Below are positions 18,790 to 25,559 of a stretch of 64,000 nt of DNA, piece after piece. Position numbers and translations under genes: made by a program. The DNA lies in the IMG/VR virus record IMGVR_UViG_3300048694_001252, positions 1 to 64,000 of that record; one strand, given 5' to 3'. The notes below the pieces were generated by a model. It was given only the letters and a program-made list of their open reading frames with translations, did no database searches and was not told the origin of the DNA. The DNA is from a virus. Within the stretch, counting starts at the first letter, position 1, and every line of letters begins with the position of its first letter.

Positions 18790-20697
18790 TTAGTCCACCA
18801 GCCAGGCCAATCCAACTGTGGTTGAGTTGAATGATTGTGAGCAACTTATAAAAATACTAATAGTTTCTCCGGGTGCCAACACAAAGTTATAGGGCAGCAA
18901 GTTGAATTGAGCACCACCGTTGACCCCCACAGTCTGTACCAGTACAATCTGATCCGATGCCAAGGTTTCTGTAACTGCACTGGTGCTTATCTGCGCAAAG
19001 TTGAACGCAGTGGCACTGGGCTGCGGACTGAACACCAACAAGTCGCTGGTGCCTACTGCATTTTTGATCATATAAATCACAGCAGGATCGGTGCTTTTGA
19101 GACCCACTGACATGTCTTGTAATACCAAACTGCTCTTGTTGACCATACCGTTTCGCACAAAAGGATTTTGCACACTGAGAAAATGCCATACTGTGTCTTT
19201 GGCTTTGGTCGCGCCATCAAGAGCATAAAAACTTTGACTTGAATTTGTTTGTCTAATCTGACCCTGTATGCCGGTCATGATACTGGCGCCTGTGACGACT
19301 ACATTTTGACTGGGTGTGGCACCCGAGGTGGTTCCTGACCTATAAACAATACGCAAACTGGGTTTTCTAATGTGTGGTGCTGGATTGTTACCATCAGCAT
19401 CGGTCCATCGCTGGGTGTGCATCAAGGTCATCTGACCTGTGGCAGGATCTTCCATGAACAATCGCACGATACCTGCGCCCAACCAACGGAAATCCACTGC
19501 CCACACATTGAGTTTGGTTGGATCAAAGCTCACATTCTGATTGTCCCATTGATCCACATAGGTCCATGTGTCAGTGGGTGTGGCACCTGCTTGTGTTTGT
19601 GAAAATGTACCAGCTGCTGCGGTGCCAGTGCCTGTGCTGGAAAAACTGTATGTTCCAGATTTGGCACCTGGTGAGTAGTATGTGAATGTCACTGTGCTGC
19701 CACAGGCATCGATATCCCAAAGATTGTTGGGGACTGTCTGTGCTTTTAGTAATTTGGCAATTTGTGCGGCACAATAAGCTGTGCTGGAGCTGGTGGCCAG
19801 GCTTACTGTGTAAGCAGAACCATCGAGAGTGATGGTAGCAGTTTGAGCACCAGTGTTTTGTTGTGTTATGGTCAGTGTTTGTATTTCGGTCTTGCCACCT
19901 AATCTGTGCAAGAAGCCAATCTTCTGCGCACGGTTAGAATTTGCAGTGCTGGTGCTGCCGCTGTAACCTATGGCATAGCCATCTTCGCGGTCGATGGGTC
20001 CAGTGGTTTGCACTATGTTTGCTACTCCTAGACCATTTTTGTTTGTGGCATTGGCTGTAAAGGCCGCGGTCCAGCGGAACATGGATCCTTGGCCAGGTTG
20101 ATACGTCATGTATCTAGAAGTTGCCAACCTAGCATAACCACCAGGTGACGTTCCTGAATTTACCTGCCATGTGCTCACACTGCTGAGCACAACATTACCA
20201 TTGCTGAGTTGAGTGGTGCTCCAAATATCTGGATCCAATCCATAAACTCCATCAGCTTGTATCACTGGAGTTATGGTGATGGCCAAAGGTTCTTGGAATG
20301 CAGTTTTTTCTGCTGGATCAACTGTGGTGGTAATGTTACCACTGCTGACCGTGACATTTCCACTGACTGACCATGGAGTGGTTCCTTGTGTGACGTTTAC
20401 GTTGCCCAAGATTCCCACATTGCCACTGACGTTGGCATTTCCAAGAATGCCCACATTGCCTTGCACAGTGACATTGCTGGTGATGCCTGCGATGTTGCCG
20501 GTGACACTCACTGGCATGTAAGTATGGCTGAGATCTATGTTGCCCAGTGAACCAATGGCCACATTGCCCACTGACACATTGCCTGCGAGTACACTGTTGG
20601 TGCGCAGGAACACATTGCCCGTGGCCGAATCCAGCTCTAGAGCCTGCGTGATGTTGCGCAAATACCAGGGTGCCACTTGAGATGGGTTTGGTTCCAT
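18790..20697 (-). CDS. Probable virion structural protein (Thr/Ser/Gly-rich, beta-rich)
   Basis: 635 aa; GNV repeats, YQPGQG, WLGAG; TAATG coupling. Confidence 0.6.
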   Translation of the reverse strand: MEPNPSQVAPWYLRNITQALELDSATGNVFLRTNSVLAGNVSVGNVAIGSLGNIDLSHTYMPVSVTGNIAGITSNVTVQGNVGILGNANVSGNVGILGNVNVTQGTTPWSVSGNVTVSSGNITTTVDPAEKTAFQEPLAITITPVIQADGVYGLDPDIWSTTQLSNGNVVLSSVSTWQVNSGTSPGGYARLATSRYMTYQPGQGSMFRWTAAFTANATNKNGLGVANIVQTTGPIDREDGYAIGYSGSTSTANSNRAQKIGFLHRLGGKTEIQTLTITQQNTGAQTATITLDGSAYTVSLATSSSTAYCAAQIAKLLKAQTVPNNLWDIDACGSTVTFTYYSPGAKSGTYSFSSTGTGTAAAGTFSQTQAGATPTDTWTYVDQWDNQNVSFDPTKLNVWAVDFRWLGAGIVRLFMEDPATGQMTLMHTQRWTDADGNNPAPHIRKPSLRIVYRSGTTSGATPSQNVVVTGASIMTGIQGQIRQTNSSQSFYALDGATKAKDTVWHFLSVQNPFVRNGMVNKSSLVLQDMSVGLKSTDPAVIYMIKNAVGTSDLLVFSPQPSATAFNFAQISTSAVTETLASDQIVLVQTVGVNGGAQFNLLPYNFVLAPGETISIFISCSQSFNSTTVGLAWLVD

Positions 20698-21077
20698 TAT
20701 CTAGGATATCCAGAAAATGCCCGTAGCGGGCTTTGACTATTTACCAAATTGGGTTCTTGGCTGGTACGGGTAGAGATCAACTGTTTGCCGCCCGGTGTGT
20801 CGGTCATGGCCAAGGCACGATCTATGATCTTTTCTACGTTGTCGTTGAAACCCACGACCATGGCGTTTTGTCCCACAGTGATCGTGGGAAATTCTTCCGA
20901 ATCCTGCACATATCCCCCGGCTTCGGCTCGAGCTCGCGCCATGGCCACGCCCAGGCGCATGGTATGATAGGCATCGTTGTTGCGTATGCCAGGCAATCGA
21001 TAGGCATGCTGCATGGGTTCGGCCACTTCGGCTGGCAAACGTTCCAGCTGTTCCATGACAAATTCTCGTGCTCTCAT
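20697..21077 (-). CDS. MRAREF paralogue 4, putative internal head protein
   Basis: MRAREFVME...SPLRAFSGYPR. Confidence 0.8.
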   Translation of the reverse strand: MRAREFVMEQLERLPAEVAEPMQHAYRLPGIRNNDAYHTMRLGVAMARARAEAGGYVQDSEEFPTITVGQNAMVVGFNDNVEKIIDRALAMTDTPGGKQLISTRTSQEPNLVNSQSPLRAFSGYPR

Positions 21078-21472
21078 CGTGAGTATCCCGCAAACGGTCG
21101 CAAGGGACTGGTCTTGTCCACATCATCAGCTTCTTCACTGGTTGCTGTGCTGATCAGACGCTTGTCACTGGGACTCTGTCCTATGGCCTTGAGAGCTTCG
21201 TCGATCCAGTCTTCGATGTCGGGGTCAAAACTCACAACCACTTGGTTTTCACCCCAGGCGCTGCGCGGTGCGAAATCATGCACAGTACCTTCGCCGGCCT
21301 GTTCACGACCACGGCGTCCCTTGGCCTGGGCTATGGCCACCCCAAATCTGTATTGCTCATAGGGGTCTTGATTTTGCAGTTTGGTCAACACATACGTGGC
21401 CGGCAGGGCCCGAGCCACATCATCCTGGAGGCTACCCACGCGAGATTCGGCTACAAATTCACGCGCTCTCAT
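21074..21472 (-). CDS. MRAREF paralogue 3, putative internal head protein
   Basis: MRAREFVAE...SPLRPFAGYSR; ATGA overlaps. Confidence 0.8.
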   Translation of the reverse strand: MRAREFVAESRVGSLQDDVARALPATYVLTKLQNQDPYEQYRFGVAIAQAKGRRGREQAGEGTVHDFAPRSAWGENQVVVSFDPDIEDWIDEALKAIGQSPSDKRLISTATSEEADDVDKTSPLRPFAGYSR

Positions 21473-21867
21473 CGTGCGTATCCTGCAAAAGGTCGTACAG
21501 GACTGTTTCGGTGCACATAATCAGGTTCACGGCTGCGATTGTCCGTGAGTTTGTTCACGCGACCTGCCTGCACCATCTGGGCGGCAGCATTGATGATTTC
21601 CATGTCAACATCACTATAACAGGCCAACAGGGGATCGCCCGCAAAGGCGCCCGCAGGTGGCGTAGGGTAATCGGGTGCACCGGCCATGGCGATACTGAAT
21701 CGCCACTGGGTATAGGGACTGCCGCCCTGCTTGTTGCTGCTGATATCGGGCATGCTGATCGCGCCCTTGATAGTTGTACGGTGCGAATGCGGCAGTTTGC
21801 GAGAGCTGGCCGGCACATCTGCGGCTCTACCGTAGCGTGTTTCTGTTACAAATTCTCGTGCTCTCAT
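21469..21867 (-). CDS. MRAREF paralogue 2, putative internal head protein
   Basis: MRAREFVTE...SPVRPFAGYAR; ATGA overlaps. Confidence 0.8.
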   Translation of the reverse strand: MRAREFVTETRYGRAADVPASSRKLPHSHRTTIKGAISMPDISSNKQGGSPYTQWRFSIAMAGAPDYPTPPAGAFAGDPLLACYSDVDMEIINAAAQMVQAGRVNKLTDNRSREPDYVHRNSPVRPFAGYAR

Positions 21868-22745
21868 TTGCCATCATCTCCTAGATGCATGTGACTGAAG
21901 GGTTTGGTACCGCGATTCTTCTGCCATAGCAGTCTATTACTTAGTATTTCGACCCAGACATTGGTATCAGGACGATTCAAGCGCCAGAAATCAAACTCGA
22001 TATGGCTGCTGACCGGACGACAGTAGAGAGTACGCTCCCGGGGCACACATAGCTGCTGGCTGGTGGTGCGAAATTTCTTGGGTTCGGTACTGTATCGCAT
22101 GATGTTCAGCTGCGGGTTTGGGATGTTGATCTGGCACATGCCATCCACGAGATCCTGGGGAGTACGGGCGTCACGTACCACCTGTTGAGCCTGTAGCAGT
22201 CGAGCTCGACTGCTTATGCGATCCTGGGTCTCTTGCGTGTTTTTGGCGTTGTTTTGGAATCCGGCCCAGGGCAGCCAGATGCCGTGATTGGTACGAGCCA
22301 CCAGTTGCGTGTGCGGAATCAATTTTACTTTAGATCTATAGGGTCTACGTCCATCTTGATCGCCGGCTTCTATGAGATACAGTGTTTCTTGATCAAACAC
22401 CATGGTGCAGCCACCCAGCTTTCCCTGGATCAGGACGTCAACTGCGGGTTTGACTTCGCGCTCGAGCAAGGCCCGAGCAATCAAGCGACCATCCGGGCTG
22501 GTATCGGCTTCACCTTGTTCAATGGCTCGTTCGTCTGTGTACACATCCAGGCTGGTATTGAGTATGCTGATGCCCTGACTGTTGATACCTTCTTTGTAGC
22601 CGGTCACACGATCATGCATCATCATGCGTGACACGCCCCGCTCGGTACTTTCGATAAAGTCCAGGCGCGGTACGTAGTTACGATCTCGATTCTTGGCCCC
22701 GGCCCACCCAATCCCGGGAAAGTATCGGGCCACGATTATGCACAT
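21864..22745 (-). CDS. N-terminal nucleophile (Ntn) cysteine hydrolase, NRDE/C45-like
   Basis: Cys2 after Met, KNRDR, EGINSQGI, RTNHG, S..R. Confidence 0.75.
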   Translation of the reverse strand: MCIIVARYFPGIGWAGAKNRDRNYVPRLDFIESTERGVSRMMMHDRVTGYKEGINSQGISILNTSLDVYTDERAIEQGEADTSPDGRLIARALLEREVKPAVDVLIQGKLGGCTMVFDQETLYLIEAGDQDGRRPYRSKVKLIPHTQLVARTNHGIWLPWAGFQNNAKNTQETQDRISSRARLLQAQQVVRDARTPQDLVDGMCQINIPNPQLNIMRYSTEPKKFRTTSQQLCVPRERTLYCRPVSSHIEFDFWRLNRPDTNVWVEILSNRLLWQKNRGTKPFSHMHLGDDGK

Positions 22746-22747
22746 GG

Positions 22748-23128
22748 CTAGCGCCCATATCCGGCAAAAGGTTTTACCGGACTCTGTACCTGCACATCCG
22801 ACGTTTCACGACTGCCTTTGCTCACGTAATCATGCGGCTTCATTTTCAAATGCTTCATGATGGCCATGAGCTTTTCACGGTCATAGTCGGTATAGGCGCT
22901 GAACAGTGGTAGATTGCCGCAGAAACTCAGCTGATCAAGTTCTTTGAGCTTTTTGGGATCCATGCCGGCCAAGGAACTCACACGATAAAAATCATAATAG
23001 CGACCCCAGTATACGTCGCCCGATCCCGAAGGTGCTACCAGACCGGGATGCGCGGTTTCAAATTCCGGTGCGGCCGCTGTTCTGCTACCGCCCCGAGGCG
23101 ATTCAGTAATGAACTCGCGGGCGCGCAC
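22748..23128 (-). CDS. MRAREF paralogue 1 (GTG start), putative internal head protein
   Basis: VRAREFITE...SPVKPFAGYGR; GTG 2 nt after the upstream stop. Confidence 0.75.
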   Translation of the reverse strand: MRAREFITESPRGGSRTAAAPEFETAHPGLVAPSGSGDVYWGRYYDFYRVSSLAGMDPKKLKELDQLSFCGNLPLFSAYTDYDREKLMAIMKHLKMKPHDYVSKGSRETSDVQVQSPVKPFAGYGR

Positions 23129-23130
23129 AA

Positions 23131-23424
23131 TCAGTAGCTTCCCAGGCCGATCACACCTGCTGTGGCCGAACTGGCTGTGCCCAGTTCCAGGGCCGTCCAG
23201 TTGCTGCCGGTTATGGTCACATGATTGCCTGCGCCTGAATAGAGATCTCGCGTGGCATTTGCCGGCACCTGTATGGCCGCGCTGTAGATGTTGCCCACAG
23301 GTGAGGCCGATCCCAGGGCCACGGCATAGACCTGATAGGTCACTGCGGTGTTTCCGGTACTCACACGCAGCTTGTCGGTGTACACTGCGGCGTTGCCCAG
23401 ACTGGTATAGACATTGGCGCTCAT
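23131..23424 (-). CDS. Small beta-rich probable virion protein
   Basis: 97 aa, A/G/S/T/V-rich; AAGGA SD; ATGA overlap. Confidence 0.65.
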   Translation of the reverse strand: MSANVYTSLGNAAVYTDKLRVSTGNTAVTYQVYAVALGSASPVGNIYSAAIQVPANATRDLYSGAGNHVTITGSNWTALELGTASSATAGVIGLGSY

Positions 23425-23600
23425 TTGTGATTATCCTTGTTAGTGGTTCCGGTATAGGGTTGATACAGTTTACGGGTCTGGTCCAGCACACCTGGGATGT
23501 CTACCGGTTGTGGTTGTGCAACCGGGGCTACCGGTACTGTGCGGAAAAGATCCCGGGGCTGATTGTTTTCAAAATTCATACGGATTCGATCTATAGTCAT
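23421..23600 (-). CDS. Hypothetical protein (59 aa)
   Basis: Start MTIDRIRMNF 4 nt after the upstream stop. Confidence 0.55.
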   Translation of the reverse strand: MTIDRIRMNFENNQPRDLFRTVPVAPVAQPQPVDIPGVLDQTRKLYQPYTGTTNKDNHK

Positions 23601-23604
23601 GATA

Positions 23605-25557
23605 TCACCAGGCTCGGCAGCTCCAATATCTGGCTTTCCAACGCGGACCAGGATTGGCACAGTTGTGGCGGGCCCGGAAGCTCTTGCGGCGTTTTGGGTT
23701 GGATTTTTTGATGCGCATCTTCTTGTCACCAAAGTTGACCTTGACCACATTGCCTTTGGGACCTTTCACATACACTTTGCTTTTCTTTACATCTCCGGCC
23801 ATGGGCTTGCCCAGGGGTACTTCACGTCCTTGGTATTTGGCTTCCATGGGTGCAGGATCATCTACGTCGTATGGATCTTCCGCATTGTGCTGTTTAGCGT
23901 CACGTGAGTCCCACTGTGCTTGTGCATCCTGTTCAGCAGCCTGCTGATATTCTGGGCTGTAGTCTGGATCAGTGATTAGATACTGAATCATGTGATCGTC
24001 AACTTTAGCAGCAATATTGTTACCAGTTACGTCACCACCAGTTAGTTTAACATGTAAATGTCCGGTTTGTGGATCAGGTGTAGCGATATAATTTACATAT
24101 CCTTCTACTTCTTCACCATCGTCACCAATCCAGGTAACATCTGTGCTGCCTTCAAAACTTTCAGGATCGAATCCTTCGTTTTGCAGATGTTCCTCCACGG
24201 TTTCGGACAAGGGTGTGGTCTGAGGTTCTAGACCAGCCAATTCTTGTATGCGGCGCAGGGTTTGATCCGCTTCCGCCACACCTTGCTCTTGGCTCTCACC
24301 AAAACGAAACTTAGGGGCGGCACGTAACAACATTGCCACACCTTTATCAAATTTTGCGCGGTCGTAAAATTTCCCGTTGTTGATACTGGCTAAAATCGTT
24401 TTGACGCCAGGTATTCCCAGTAGTTGATTGGACATAAAATATGTTCTGCCACCTGCGGCCGCATCAACTAAATCCAACAAATCTTCGGGGTAAAGACGAT
24501 CTTCATTTTTTGGTGATCCATATTTGGCCCAGATTTTTTCTGCGATACGTTTTGCTTGCGAAGAGCCTTCCGCCACACCTTGTTCTCTATATTTCTTGGC
24601 GACATCTATTTCAATATCACCGTTGCCATTGCGCTCACTCCAGGCTGCAAATCGTTTTCCGTTGATAGTAACCAATTCACCACTTGCATTGGAAATATAT
24701 TCTGCATTGTCATCTAGCAACTCACGGTTAACACGATTTACATCACGCAACCACTTTTCATGGTTTCCGTAGGTCTCAAATCTTTTCTGCAATAAATCTC
24801 TAGTATCAACTGATGGCAAATTTACTCCAGAACGTGGCCCAAGCATATAATCGCTGGAACTTAAACTACCTGGCAAGCCTGCCTCCGCTACACCTTGCTC
24901 ATTGACATTATCTCTGACATATAATGTATCTTTGGGGAATTTTGCGATCCACTTAGCACCGGCTGGAGTTATCTTGTAAATCCCATCCAACGATGAGATT
25001 ATACCCTTTTTTACTAATTTTGGTAGGAATCTTTCCAGGAAATCTCTTTTGATAAACACATTGCCATGAAGCGCACTGGCTAATTTACGTCCAGACAATC
25101 CAGAATCTTCGACCTGCTGTAACTGTAGTAACGTTCTTGCGACATCTTTTCGATTGAACGTATGTTGAAACTTGCCTTCCGCCACACCTTTGACATGCCA
25201 AGTTTTATGGCATTGATGGCATTCTTTCTCACCATCACTGTAGGTTTTGATGTCGGTACTGTAACAGCCTGGGCAATGTGTACTGGTGGTGGGTTTGGCA
25301 CCGGTACCTGACTTTGTCTTGGGTTCTGGTTCGTTCTTTTGATCTTGGGCCATGCCTTGCTCTTCCAGCAGTCCATAGCTTTCCAAGATCCGCATCATGT
25401 CTTCGTCTGCGGCCAAGACCACACCATCTTCCACAACGTCAACTATGTGTGACTCTACCAGGCATTCTTCACGGATGTTTATGGCAAAGTCATCACCCAC
25501 GGCCGGTGCTGCGACCCAGGATTCTGCTTCGTTGATATGGTCTCGCAGTGTTTTCAT
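23605..25557 (-). CDS. Modular polyprotein with QGVAE-delimited cassettes and a basic C-terminal RRKSFRARHNC...ARYWSCRAW domain
   Basis: 650 aa; MKTLRDHINE N-terminus; EQGMAQ, KGVAEG, EQGVAEA, EQGVAEG, EQGVAEA separate unrelated modules. Confidence 0.8.
   Translation of the reverse strand: MKTLRDHINEAESWVAAPAVGDDFAINIREECLVESHIVDVVEDGVVLAADEDMMRILESYGLLEEQGMAQDQKNEPEPKTKSGTGAKPTTSTHCPGCYSTDIKTYSDGEKECHQCHKTWHVKGVAEGKFQHTFNRKDVARTLLQLQQVEDSGLSGRKLASALHGNVFIKRDFLERFLPKLVKKGIISSLDGIYKITPAGAKWIAKFPKDTLYVRDNVNEQGVAEAGLPGSLSSSDYMLGPRSGVNLPSVDTRDLLQKRFETYGNHEKWLRDVNRVNRELLDDNAEYISNASGELVTINGKRFAAWSERNGNGDIEIDVAKKYREQGVAEGSSQAKRIAEKIWAKYGSPKNEDRLYPEDLLDLVDAAAGGRTYFMSNQLLGIPGVKTILASINNGKFYDRAKFDKGVAMLLRAAPKFRFGESQEQGVAEADQTLRRIQELAGLEPQTTPLSETVEEHLQNEGFDPESFEGSTDVTWIGDDGEEVEGYVNYIATPDPQTGHLHVKLTGGDVTGNNIAAKVDDHMIQYLITDPDYSPEYQQAAEQDAQAQWDSRDAKQHNAEDPYDVDDPAPMEAKYQGREVPLGKPMAGDVKKSKVYVKGPKGNVVKVNFGDKKMRIKKSNPKRRKSFRARHNCANPGPRWKARYWSCRAW
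24269..25191 (-). repeat. Array of four 17-bp direct repeats spaced 297/315/294 bp, separated by unique AT-rich in-frame inserts
   Basis: Copies at 24269-24285, 24566-24582, 24881-24897, 25175-25191; core AAGGTGTGGCGGAAG exact in three, with two synonymous changes in the 24881 copy. Confidence 0.9.
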
Positions 25558-25559
25558 GG

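Noticed and set aside
23129-23491. Upstream part of ORF 22748..23491
   Set aside because: It overlaps 23131..23424 in another frame; paralogy fixes the start at GTG 23128.
24335-24345. Partial repeat match AAAGGTGTGGC (KGVAM) inside a cassette
   Set aside because: Only 11 nt and lacks the Glu codon; it may be chance, so it was not counted as a site.
24269-25191. CRISPR array
   Set aside because: The repeats are only 17 bp and non-palindromic, the spacers are ~280-300 bp and protein-coding in frame, and no cas genes are present.
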